Part shown: in pieces, positions 19,250 to 28,916 of the stretch
Position numbering within the stretch: position 1 is the first letter of the stretch
Layout: each line of letters starts with the position of its first letter
Assembly: GCA_045643205.1 (NCBI GenBank)
Contig: JAZUKI010000007.1
Location: 32,001-96,000 of the forward strand
Source: Clostridia bacterium
GTDB lineage: Bacteria > Bacillota > Clostridia > TANB77 > CAG-508
DNA length: 64,000 nt
Reading direction: 5' to 3'
Notes under the pieces: generated by a model
Database searches by the model: none
The model's input: the letters and a program-made list of their open reading frames with translations, nothing else
Told to the model about the DNA's origin: nothing
Translations under genes and position numbers: made by a program

Positions 19250-19304
19250 ATTTATCTCCATTTTGCGAATTTTCACGCATTTTTATGTCCGTAATTATAA
19301 CATA

Positions 19305-20504
19305 TTATTTGTTAAATGCCAACTTTACAGTATCTTTGGCAATCATTAATTCTTCATTTGTTGGAACTACTGCAACAGTGATTTTTGAGTCTGCTGTTGA
19401 TAGAATTACTTCATCACCAAAGCAATCTATATTTGCTTTTTCATCAATTTCAATTCCCATGTATTTTAAGTTTTCACAAATTAATTTTCTAACTATTGAT
19501 TGATGTTCACCAATTCCACCTGTGAAAACTAATGTATTCATTCCTTGTAAAGCAACACAATATTTAGCTACATATTGAGCTACATTGTATGCATACATTT
19601 TTATAGCAAGCATTGCTCTTTCGTTGCCTTCTCTAGCTGCTATTTCAATTTCTCTAAAATCATCTGAAACTCCTGCAATTCCATACATTCCAGATTTTTT
19701 ATTTAAAATAGAATCCATTTCTTCTGGAGTCTTCTTTTCAATATCCATTATACGAAGTACTACTGATGGATCTAAATCACCGCTTCTTGCAACCATTTCT
19801 ATTCCAGCAACAGATGTATATCCCATTGATGTATCAACACTCTTGCCATCTTTTACTGCACAAAGTGATGCACCTTGTCCTAAATGACAGATAACCATTT
19901 TTAATTCTTCTGCTTTTTTTCCTAAGAACTTTTCTGTTTCTTCAGTTACAAATCTAAATGATGTTCCGTGGAAACCATATTTTCTTATTCCATATTTTTC
20001 ATAATATTCATAAGGAATTGGATATAAATATCTTTCCTCAGGAATTGTTTGATGGAATGATGTATCAAAAACAACTGTCATTGGTGTTTCTGGCATTAAT
20101 TTTTGACATGCTTGAATTGTTGCTACTGCACCTGGGTTGTGTAATTGATCAATTGGAATTAATTCTATTAATTTTTCAACGATCTCTGGTGTAACTAATT
20201 CTGATTTTGTCATTGTTCCACCATGAACAATTCTATGTCCAATTGCTGAAATTTCATCTAATGAGTTTAAAACTCCATTATCTTTATCTACTAGTTCATC
20301 TAAAATAATTTTAATTGCTTCACCGTGATTCTCAACGTTTTGTTTTATAACAACATTTTCTTTTTCAGGTCTCTTATGTGTTAGAAAACTTCCCTCACTT
20401 CCTATCATTTCATAATTTCCTTTGGCTGAAACCTCTGTTGTGTCCATATCAATTAATTGATATTTTAATGATGATGATCCACAGTTAATAACTAAAATGT
20501 TCAT
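19305..20504 (-). CDS. ackA: Acetate/short-chain acyl kinase, copy 2
   Basis: INCGSSSLK, GHRIVHGG, KYGFHGTS, CHLGQGAS, RSGDLDP, FTGGIGE, PTNEE. Confidence 0.9.
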   Translation of the reverse strand: MNILVINCGSSSLKYQLIDMDTTEVSAKGNYEMIGSEGSFLTHKRPEKENVVIKQNVENHGEAIKIILDELVDKDNGVLNSLDEISAIGHRIVHGGTMTKSELVTPEIVEKLIELIPIDQLHNPGAVATIQACQKLMPETPMTVVFDTSFHQTIPEERYLYPIPYEYYEKYGIRKYGFHGTSFRFVTEETEKFLGKKAEELKMVICHLGQGASLCAVKDGKSVDTSMGYTSVAGIEMVARSGDLDPSVVLRIMDIEKKTPEEMDSILNKKSGMYGIAGVSDDFREIEIAAREGNERAMLAIKMYAYNVAQYVAKYCVALQGMNTLVFTGGIGEHQSIVRKLICENLKYMGIEIDEKANIDCFGDEVILSTADSKITVAVVPTNEELMIAKDTVKLAFNK

Positions 20505-20609
20505 TTCTTCTCCTTATTTCTTTATGTATTTTTATATTTTAAAATATGTAATCAAATATGCAATTACACGTACAAAAAGCCGATGAAAAATATCGGCTTT
20601 TATTATTCA

Positions 20610-21818
20610 TTATTTTAAGTTTTCAACAATTTGTTTTGTATCTCTAGCAATCATTAATTCTTCCTCTGTAGGAATTGTCCAAACTTCAACTTTTGAATTG
20701 TCTGTAGAAATTTTTCTTTCTTCTGCTTTTACTTGATTAGCTTCAACATCTAATTCAACGCCCATCCAAGTAAGTTTTTCGCAAATCATTTTTCTTTCAT
20801 CAATTCCTCTTTCACCAACACCACCTGTGAAGATGATACCATCAACTCCGTTCATTGCAACTACCATCTTAGCAATATATTGAGCAATAATATATGTGTA
20901 TGTTTCAAGAGCTAATTTAGATTTTTCAGCATTTTCATCATTATTTTCAATTGATGATAATAAATCTCTATTATCGCCTGATAATTCTGAAATACCTAAC
21001 ATTCCTGATTCTTTGTTTAACATTGTATCCATTTGTTCAGGAGTTAATTTTTCTTTTTCCATAATGTATGTAACAACAGAAGGATCTAAATCACCACTTC
21101 TTGTTCCCATCATAATACCGCCTAAAGAAGTGAATCCCATTGTTGTATCTACTGCTTTACCATTTTCTACTGCACAAAGTGAAGCACCTTGTCCAATGTG
21201 GCATGTAACTAATTTTAATCCTTTTTCAGGATCTCTTCCCATCACTTCTGCACCTCTCTTAGATACATATCTATGAGATGTTCCATGGAATCCATATTTT
21301 CTTATTCCATATTTTTCATAGAATTTATATGGAATCGGATATAAATATCTTGATTCAGGAATTGTTTGATGGAATGATGTATCATATACTGTAACCATTG
21401 GTGTTTCTGGCATTAAGTCTTTGCAAGCTTCAATAACTGAAATTGCTGCTGGATTGTGAAGTGGATCAAGTGGTATTAATTCTTTTAAGTTATCGATAAC
21501 TTCATCTGTAACAAGCATTGATTCTGTCATTGTTCCACCATGAACAATTCTATGTCCAACTGCTGTTATTTCACTTAAATCTTTAACAACACCATATTCA
21601 CTATTTGTGAATTCCTTTAAAACAACATCTAAAGCTTCTTTATGATTTGCAACAGCTTTTTCTGTTGTGTACTTTTCACCGTTAACTTTATGTGTAACGA
21701 ATGAATTATCTGATCCTATTCTTTCATAATTTCCTTTTGCCAAAACCTTTTCATTTTCCATATCAATTAATTGATATTTCATTGAAGATGAACCACTATT
21801 GATTACTAAAATTTTCAT
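20610..21818 (-). CDS. ackA: Acetate/short-chain acyl kinase, copy 1
   Basis: INSGSSSMK, GHRIVHGG, KYGFHGTSH, TRSGDLDP, FTGGVGE, PTEEE. Confidence 0.92.
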   Translation of the reverse strand: MKILVINSGSSSMKYQLIDMENEKVLAKGNYERIGSDNSFVTHKVNGEKYTTEKAVANHKEALDVVLKEFTNSEYGVVKDLSEITAVGHRIVHGGTMTESMLVTDEVIDNLKELIPLDPLHNPAAISVIEACKDLMPETPMVTVYDTSFHQTIPESRYLYPIPYKFYEKYGIRKYGFHGTSHRYVSKRGAEVMGRDPEKGLKLVTCHIGQGASLCAVENGKAVDTTMGFTSLGGIMMGTRSGDLDPSVVTYIMEKEKLTPEQMDTMLNKESGMLGISELSGDNRDLLSSIENNDENAEKSKLALETYTYIIAQYIAKMVVAMNGVDGIIFTGGVGERGIDERKMICEKLTWMGVELDVEANQVKAEERKISTDNSKVEVWTIPTEEELMIARDTKQIVENLK

Positions 21819-21944
21819 TATTTTTTAGATTCCTTTCCAAAAAGTATACGAAACATATTATATATAATTTTTGCCTAAAGTACAAGGGTTAAGAGTCATT
21901 AATTTAATAAATTATTTCCCTTTTTTTCCGTTTCTGCTGATCAA

Positions 21945-22874
21945 TTATTTCTCTGTTTTTTCTTCTTCTATTGATAAATATTTTATTCTCTCATTGTCAC
22001 TATTTTTTATCAATTTACCTGTTGTTTCATCAACTTTTAAGATTATTCCTGTACTGTTTATTAGGTGTGAAACTTCTAAACTATATTTCAAATTTTTGCC
22101 AGTTAAATCTATATTAGCTAAAATTGTTTTCCCTCTAACTTCTTCTATTACACTTTTGCTATTAACCACTTGATTTTGTTCATCTATAGTATCTTCATTT
22201 AATGAGATAAAAACTGTATCATATCTTGGAATAATCAATAATTTGGGACCATTGCCTAAATTGTAAGAAACATATTTACTAAATTCTATCTCATCTTCAA
22301 AATATTTTTCAATTAACTTTTTCTTTTCTTCTTCTGTCTTAAACACTACTATTGCCACTTCTTCATCATCTTTGAAATCTACCTTTGGATGTAATTCTAT
22401 TTCAATAAACTTTCCTGCAATAAAATCAATTGTGTTTCCTTCAAATCCTGTTGCAAGCCAAGTTCTTTTATCTACAACAAATCGATCAAGTTGAATGCCT
22501 TCGCTATCTAATGTATCAATAATAATTTGCTCATTCTTTTTATCATCAATTACTTCAATTTTATCAGGCATTATAGAAGAATTATTATTGTAAAAATTCT
22601 TAACAGCTTCTTTCCAATCTTCCATTGTTTTTTCTGAATAATCTCTTTCATCAACCTTTTTATCATTAACCACATTATTTGCAATTTCATTATTTATTGT
22701 ATTATCTGTAGCATTTATAGTATTTGTCCCATTTGATATATTGTTTATTGTATTTGCTGATTGTTCTTGATTTTGGCTATTTACTATTAAAATAACTACA
22801 GCTCCAATTGCTATTGCAATTGCTAAAATTCCTAATATTGCTTTTATTTTGTTACTCATATTTTCTCCTTGCAT
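21945..22874 (-). CDS. Hypothetical membrane-anchored extracellular protein
   Basis: N-terminal TM, Asn/Thr-rich linker, then a globular region. Confidence 0.75.
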   Translation of the reverse strand: MQGENMSNKIKAILGILAIAIAIGAVVILIVNSQNQEQSANTINNISNGTNTINATDNTINNEIANNVVNDKKVDERDYSEKTMEDWKEAVKNFYNNNSSIMPDKIEVIDDKKNEQIIIDTLDSEGIQLDRFVVDKRTWLATGFEGNTIDFIAGKFIEIELHPKVDFKDDEEVAIVVFKTEEEKKKLIEKYFEDEIEFSKYVSYNLGNGPKLLIIPRYDTVFISLNEDTIDEQNQVVNSKSVIEEVRGKTILANIDLTGKNLKYSLEVSHLINSTGIILKVDETTGKLIKNSDNERIKYLSIEEEKTEK

Positions 22875-22916
22875 TTTTTATTGTCTCATAATAATTATTT
22901 TACCATAACTACTATT

Positions 22917-23645
22917 TTATTTTCTATACTTATTTAAAGCTTCTTTTTCTTCTTTACTTACTCTATATGAATCATGTATTTTGCTAATTGATTTGTTTTG
23001 TGTAAACTTGTTTAATTTGTTCTCCTTTAAAAAAGCTTTTGTTTCTTTAGGGAACATTGTATACATCTCGCATATCAACCAAGCTTCCGCCATATTTATA
23101 TAGAATTTATCGCTGTTAATTTTATTTAAAGTACTAAATATTATTTCTAAATTTTCTTTACTTATAAAGTGATTTAAAATGATGACCAATCCTACTCTTG
23201 ATATAAATTCTTTACTATTTAAACTCATTTCAATTGCTTCTTTAAAATATTTTTCTTCGTATTTTTCTACTATTTTTAAAGAACTACAAAAGCTATCACA
23301 TAAAGCCCAATTATCGATTTTTTTTATGAACTTCTTATAATTTTTATAAAATATTTTTTCATCTTTTATATGAGAAATAACTAATCCTTGAATCATTACT
23401 TCTTCATAATATTTTTCTTGAGCTATCTTTAAAAAACCTTCAATATCACCTTTAGCAATTATCTTTGCAATATTACGCATAATTGGTACTCGGATTCCTA
23501 TAAATTCATACTTTGAATTTAATACAAGTGAAGTATGGAATTCTTTGTATTCTAAATCTTGTATACTTTTTAAATAAGTTATAAATGTTTTATAAGTTTT
23601 TTCTGTCCATTCTTTAGGACATTCAAATTGATCACTCATTTTCAC
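22917..23645 (-). CDS. DNA alkylation repair protein (AlkD-like HEAT-repeat glycosylase family)
   Basis: GIRVPIMRNIAK, YYEE, IDNWALCDSF, FYINMAEAWL. Confidence 0.85.
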   Translation of the reverse strand: MKMSDQFECPKEWTEKTYKTFITYLKSIQDLEYKEFHTSLVLNSKYEFIGIRVPIMRNIAKIIAKGDIEGFLKIAQEKYYEEVMIQGLVISHIKDEKIFYKNYKKFIKKIDNWALCDSFCSSLKIVEKYEEKYFKEAIEMSLNSKEFISRVGLVIILNHFISKENLEIIFSTLNKINSDKFYINMAEAWLICEMYTMFPKETKAFLKENKLNKFTQNKSISKIHDSYRVSKEEKEALNKYRK

Positions 23646-23661
23646 TCCATTTGTATTATTC

Positions 23662-24138
23662 TTAATAAATTGTTTTATCTTCTTTTTCTTTAAATTTATT
23701 AAATGTTTCTATTGTTTCTTCTCTATCCATAGTTGCTAATTCTAGAACATTATTATCATTTTCGTTCTCTGATAATTTTTTAATATAACTATAAATAAAG
23801 TCATCTCTAAATCCAATATCTGCTGCATCTTCTTTTGTATTGCCATAATAAACTTTCTTAATATTTGACCAAATTATTGCTGATAAACACATTGGACATG
23901 GATAACAAGAAGTATATAATTCACATCCACTTAAGTCATATGAATTAATGTTTTTACATGCATCTCTTATTGCCATTACTTCAGCATGAGCTGTTGGATC
24001 ATTGTTACATAAAACATGATTTGATCCTCTTCCTATTATTTTTCCATCTTTTACAACGCAAGCGCCAAAAGGACCTCCTGCATTTGTTTCTAAGTTTTCT
24101 TCTGCTAGCTCTTTAGCTATTTTCATAATTTCATTCAT
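23662..24138 (-). CDS. Nucleoside/guanine deaminase (CDA fold, GuaD-like)
   Basis: GGPFGA, DPTAHAEV, PCPMC, IGFRDDFIY. Confidence 0.88.
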   Translation of the reverse strand: MNEIMKIAKELAEENLETNAGGPFGACVVKDGKIIGRGSNHVLCNNDPTAHAEVMAIRDACKNINSYDLSGCELYTSCYPCPMCLSAIIWSNIKKVYYGNTKEDAADIGFRDDFIYSYIKKLSENENDNNVLELATMDREETIETFNKFKEKEDKTIY

Positions 24139-24242
24139 TTGTAATCTCCCTATAAATTTATTATAGCAAATAATATTTGAAACTAAATTCTTCTAATTAT
24201 AAAAAAAGATTCTAACTAGTAATAGTTAGAATCTTTGATGTC

Positions 24243-24319
24243 TGGTAGCGATGAGTGGATTCGAACCGCTGACCGATCGGGTATGAACCGATTGCTCTAG
24301 CCAACTGAGCTACATCGCC
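24243..24319 (-). tRNA. tRNA-Met(CAT), elongator type
   Basis: GGCGATGTAGCTCAGTTGGCTAGAGCAATCGGTTCATACCCGAT...TTCGAAT...ATCGCTACCA; paired 1:72 position and no GGG/CCC initiator anticodon stem. Confidence 0.93.
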
Positions 24320-24337
24320 ATAAATTTGACAAGGTTT

Positions 24338-24366
24338 ATTATACTAGAAATAACTCACCTTGTCAA
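24338..24366 (-). promoter_or_regulatory. Consensus sigma-A promoter for tRNA-Met
   Basis: TTGACA-N17-TATAAT. Confidence 0.85.
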
Positions 24367-24456
24367 TTATATTATTAATTTTATTTAGTCTTATTTTTAG
24401 ACTATTACATTTTCATATTAATCTGTTTTATAAGATCTTATATTTGCCTTTTAGTA

Positions 24457-24930
24457 CTATTTTTCAGCTTTTTCTGATTTTAATAAATCTCTAATTTCTT
24501 CTAATAGTTTTGTTTCATCACTTTTAACAACTTCTGCAACTTCTTCTGTTGTTTGTTTCTTTCTCATCTTGTTACCAATTGATGTTACAATTTTTAATGA
24601 TAAGAATAATATAAGTGCTACTAATAAGAAATCAACTACATTTTGGATAAATGCACCATATGTAATTACTGTTTCACCAATCTTTGCATTTAGACTTGTG
24701 AAATTAACGTTTCCAATTAAAGCTCCAATAAGTGGCATGATAATATCATTTACAAGAGATGTAACAATTTTAGAGAAAGCACCACCAACGATAACGCCGA
24801 CAGCCATGTCTAAAACATTTCCTCTCATTATAAATTCTTTAAATTCAGTTAGCATTCCTTTGCTTGCTTCTTTCATTTTTTCTTTCTTAGCTTTTAATTC
24901 TTCTTTTGATAATTTTTCACCTTTTCCCAT
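24457..24930 (-). CDS. mscL: Large-conductance mechanosensitive channel
   Basis: EFKEFIMRGNVLDMAVGVIVGGAF...LLEEIRDLL. Confidence 0.96.
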   Translation of the reverse strand: MGKGEKLSKEELKAKKEKMKEASKGMLTEFKEFIMRGNVLDMAVGVIVGGAFSKIVTSLVNDIIMPLIGALIGNVNFTSLNAKIGETVITYGAFIQNVVDFLLVALILFLSLKIVTSIGNKMRKKQTTEEVAEVVKSDETKLLEEIRDLLKSEKAEK

Positions 24931-24948
24931 AATCTTTCTCCTTTTTAT

Positions 24949-25185
24949 TTATATTAATTTTACAGTTTGATCTAGTGGAACTTTTTGTTTAGTAGGTATT
25001 CCTATAATTTCAAATTTTGAAGTAGAATTTCCAAATTGAATTTCAATTATATCTCCAACTTTTACTTCATAACTAGGCTTTACTACTCTTCCATTTGCCT
25101 TAATTCTGCCATTATCTGCTGCTTCATTTGCTACAGTTCTTCTTTTGATTATTTGTGTAACCTTTAAAAATTTATCTATTCTCAT
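24949..25185 (-). CDS. S4-domain RNA-binding protein (YabO/RqcP, Hsp15 family)
   Basis: MRIDKFLKV..IIKRRTVANE...KPSYEVKVGD. Confidence 0.9.
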   Translation of the reverse strand: MRIDKFLKVTQIIKRRTVANEAADNGRIKANGRVVKPSYEVKVGDIIEIQFGNSTSKFEIIGIPTKQKVPLDQTVKLI

Positions 25186-25229
25186 GTGTTTTTCCTTTCA
25201 AAAGTAGCTTTATAATATCACCTTTTTAA

Positions 25230-28200
25230 TTAAATTTCTACTAATTTATTTAGGTAAGTTGAATATATTACTTTTTGAGCTACCTTTCTATGTGTTGATT
25301 TTTCAATGGCTATTTTATACATATTTAGTTGATTACTGTATCGTTCTTTTAAAACCTTTTCATCAACATTATGATCAGTCTTATAATCTACCAAAATTAA
25401 ATCTCCATCTTTATCAATATAATATAGGTCGATAACACCTTGAATTAATATCTTTTCACCAGTTCCTTCATAATCTATATTCATATAAAACGGTGTTTCT
25501 TTATGAATTTCTTTTGCTTCTTTTAATGCTTTAAATAAATCTGATTCAATATAGTTTTCTATTATCTTTTTATCTTTAATCAAATATTCTTTTTCAAACT
25601 CTTTTAATTTTAATTTTTCAATCAATCTTTCTATATCTTCATCTTCTATTTTTTCTAAAGCTTTGTGTATCAATGTTCCTTTATGTGCTGATGTAAGTTC
25701 TTCTTCCTTATCAATTTTTAATTCATCAAATGTTTGGAAGGTGTTTTCGTTGAAACTTTCTTGCTCATCATTTAGTGAATCTAATAATACAACTTCGCTA
25801 TCTTCAAATTTTAAATTGCTATTTTTTAATGCAGTAACAGAAGTCTTACTTTGTAAATCAATTCTAACTTTATCTTTATATTCCCATTTTAGTAATTCAT
25901 CAATTTGTTGATATTTTGCTTTATCTAAGTTTACTTCTAGTTTTCTTAAATCAATTTTATTAATATCTTCATCACTTGCTGGCCTTTCAATGTCTTCACG
26001 AGAAACAAAGTTTATTTTCAAGTTTAGTTTATCAGTTGCTTGATTTACTAGCTCAATCCAGTCTATATATCTTGCATATTTGCTAACTATTTTACTTGAT
26101 AATTTCTCATGCTTGTTAAATCCAAAGAATTTTTTAATTTCTTCGCCTTTTTTATTGTATTTTTCTTCAGCTTTTTTGTCTGATCCAATGATTAGTAGTT
26201 TTTCTTTTGCTCTTGTTAAAGCAACATATAGAAGTCTCATTTCTTCTGAAACCATTTCATTTCTAGCTTTTATATTTATTGCTTCTTTTGCAAGAGTTGG
26301 ATATCTTGTGTATTCATTTATAAAATCAACACCTAATCCTAAATCTTGATTTAAAATAACTTTATTTGATAAATCTGTTAGATTAAATTGTTTTCCTACA
26401 CCACATAAAAATACAACGGGAAATTCTAGACCTTTACTTTTGTGAATACTCATAATTCTTACTACGTCTTCATTTTCGCCTATAATTTTTGCTGCTCCAA
26501 TTGTGTTTTTAGGCTTGCTAGCTACTCTTTCTATAAAAGTTATAAAATTAAATAATCCTTTAAAACTAATGCTTTCATATTCTTTTGCTTTTTCAAATAA
26601 CTTTCTTAAATTTGCTTGTCTGATTTTTCCGTTTGGCATCATTCTTACATAATGATAATAACCTGTTTTAACATAGATATACCAAATTAATTCATCAAGT
26701 GGCATTACTTTTTCTTTTTTTCTTAAGTCATCAATCAAATTTAAAAAGTCTCTTATTTTTTCAAATAATCTAACTTCAATTAAATCTAAATCTTTGTGAT
26801 TTATATCTGCTGGATTAAGTTCTACATAAGCTTTTTGAAGTGCATAATAAAAATTGTTTTCTCTATCAAATAATCTAATATCTACTAAATCATTGTCATT
26901 AAATCCTCCAATTGGTGAACGCATTGCTGTAATTAATTGAATATCTTGAAGTGGATTATCAATTACATTTAATAATGACAAGATTGTATCTATTTCTATT
27001 GTATGTAAATAATCTGAACCAACATCTGTAAAAACAGGAATATTTGATTCAATCATTTCTTTTTCAAAAATAGGTGCCATTGTTGATGGGCTTCTCATCA
27101 ATATACACATATCTCTATATTGAACACCTTGATCATGAAGCTCTTTTATTTTGGTACAAAGTAAATCTGCTTCAAGTGTTGACCATTCAACAACTTCCTC
27201 TTCTATTTCATTTTCTTCTTCATCTTCGTTTTCAATGTTCAAATCATTTTCTTCATCTTTCCATATATCTTGAGTGGGTTCTTTTTTATTCTTTTCTATT
27301 ACATACATTTCTGTTGAAACATCAAAACTAGGTTCTTCATAGTTTGCACCATAGTTTAGATATTCTTCTTCTGTGTAATCCATCTCTCCTAAATCTTTGC
27401 TCATAATAAATTGGAATATTGTGTTTGTGAAATCTAGAATTTGTTTTCTACTTCTAAAGTTCTTATATAATTGAACTTTAGATGGATTGTTTAGATTTGT
27501 TTCACCTTGAATTGCTAAATCGTATTTTTCATATTTTTCTTGGAATAATTCAGGACGTGCTTCTCTAAATCTATAAATACTTTGTTTAACATCTCCAACC
27601 ATAAAGATATTATGACCATTGCTTACACTGCTTAAAATGCTTTCTTGAATTAAGTTTGAATCTTGATATTCATCTACTAAAATTTCATTGAATGAATATT
27701 TTTTTGCTATTTCAGTTTTTTCACCATTTTCATCAATTAATAAATTTAATGCGATGTGCTCAATATCATTAAAGTCAATTATATTCTTTTCCATTTTTCT
27801 TCTATTGTATTCTTTTTCAAAATCATACAATAGATTTCTTAAAGCAATTAAAGTTGGATACATTTCTCTTATATCATCGATTGCTTGTCTTGAATCAAAT
27901 TTAAAATACTTTTCAGTTATATTTTTAATTTTTTTCTTAATGATATCTCTATCTTCTTTTGCTCTATTTTTTATTTCAATTTCTTCATCATTTAAACCTC
28001 TTTTTGAAGAACTCCATGTTTGAAAACTCTTATTGATAGCATTTGCTGTTTTGTATGCTTCATCCCAAGTTGATATATTAAAACTTTCAATCATTTTTAT
28101 ATCTTCATCTACTGTAGATATCCATGGTGCCAAATTTGTATAGTCTTTAATACGGTCTCTGATTTGATTAGCATTTATTGCTTCTGTTTCAAATTTTTCT

Positions 28201-28886
28201 TTACTATATTTTAGTATACTTTCACCCCAAGGTGTTTCACTAAATTCTTCAACATTTTTTAGTTCAAACTTATTAATTGCTTCTTCTAACCATTTATGTG
28301 GAAATGGTACTGAAGATGTAAAACTATAAATTTCATCTATTAAATCTTTTAAAGGTGTATCATCTTTATAATTTGTATATTTTTCAAGTAAGCTTAAAAA
28401 AGTTTTATCTTTTGCTTCATATTTATCTTCAAAAACTTTTTCCATTGCTTCTTGTTTAATGATTTCATTTTCACTATCATCAGCAATTCTAAAATTGGCT
28501 GATAAGTTAGTTTCAAAGAAATTATTTCTAATTACATCCAAACAAAAAGAATGGATAGTTGATATATGAGCACGATTAATCAAGCTAATTTGTTTTTGAA
28601 GGTTTTCATTATCAGGGTCTTCATCTAATTTTTTGTATAATGCTTTTAGAAGTCTTTCTTTCATTTCACTTGCTGCAGCATTAGTAAATGTAACAACTAA
28701 AAGGTCATCCACGTTTACATTATCATTTAAAATTTTTCTTACAATTCTTTCAATTAATACTGTTGTTTTACCGCTACCGGCAGCAGCACTAACTAAAAAA
28801 TTTGCACCCTTATCTTCAATTGCTTGAATTTGTTCGTCAGTCCATTTTTTTTCATTAGCCTGACTTTGCTCTTTTGTCTTATCCAT
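25230..28886 (-). CDS. addA: Helicase-nuclease AddA
   Basis: SAAAGSGKT, VTFTNAAASEMKER, VDEYQD, VGDVKQSIYRFR, MSIHKSKGLEF, LYVALTRAK; nuclease motif QGVIDL...DYKTD. Confidence 0.95.
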   Translation of the reverse strand: MDKTKEQSQANEKKWTDEQIQAIEDKGANFLVSAAAGSGKTTVLIERIVRKILNDNVNVDDLLVVTFTNAAASEMKERLLKALYKKLDEDPDNENLQKQISLINRAHISTIHSFCLDVIRNNFFETNLSANFRIADDSENEIIKQEAMEKVFEDKYEAKDKTFLSLLEKYTNYKDDTPLKDLIDEIYSFTSSVPFPHKWLEEAINKFELKNVEEFSETPWGESILKYSKEKFETEAINANQIRDRIKDYTNLAPWISTVDEDIKMIESFNISTWDEAYKTANAINKSFQTWSSSKRGLNDEEIEIKNRAKEDRDIIKKKIKNITEKYFKFDSRQAIDDIREMYPTLIALRNLLYDFEKEYNRRKMEKNIIDFNDIEHIALNLLIDENGEKTEIAKKYSFNEILVDEYQDSNLIQESILSSVSNGHNIFMVGDVKQSIYRFREARPELFQEKYEKYDLAIQGETNLNNPSKVQLYKNFRSRKQILDFTNTIFQFIMSKDLGEMDYTEEEYLNYGANYEEPSFDVSTEMYVIEKNKKEPTQDIWKDEENDLNIENEDEEENEIEEEVVEWSTLEADLLCTKIKELHDQGVQYRDMCILMRSPSTMAPIFEKEMIESNIPVFTDVGSDYLHTIEIDTILSLLNVIDNPLQDIQLITAMRSPIGGFNDNDLVDIRLFDRENNFYYALQKAYVELNPADINHKDLDLIEVRLFEKIRDFLNLIDDLRKKEKVMPLDELIWYIYVKTGYYHYVRMMPNGKIRQANLRKLFEKAKEYESISFKGLFNFITFIERVASKPKNTIGAAKIIGENEDVVRIMSIHKSKGLEFPVVFLCGVGKQFNLTDLSNKVILNQDLGLGVDFINEYTRYPTLAKEAINIKARNEMVSEEMRLLYVALTRAKEKLLIIGSDKKAEEKYNKKGEEIKKFFGFNKHEKLSSKIVSKYARYIDWIELVNQATDKLNLKINFVSREDIERPASDEDINKIDLRKLEVNLDKAKYQQIDELLKWEYKDKVRIDLQSKTSVTALKNSNLKFEDSEVVLLDSLNDEQESFNENTFQTFDELKIDKEEELTSAHKGTLIHKALEKIEDEDIERLIEKLKLKEFEKEYLIKDKKIIENYIESDLFKALKEAKEIHKETPFYMNIDYEGTGEKILIQGVIDLYYIDKDGDLILVDYKTDHNVDEKVLKERYSNQLNMYKIAIEKSTHRKVAQKVIYSTYLNKLVEI

Positions 28887-28916
28887 TCTACTTTCCAGTC
28901 CTATAAATTTTTATAT

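Noticed and set aside
15859-24319. tRNA genes as integration sites bounding an island
   Set aside because: No integrase, no duplicated tRNA 3' end, and the genes in between are mostly housekeeping with host-like composition.
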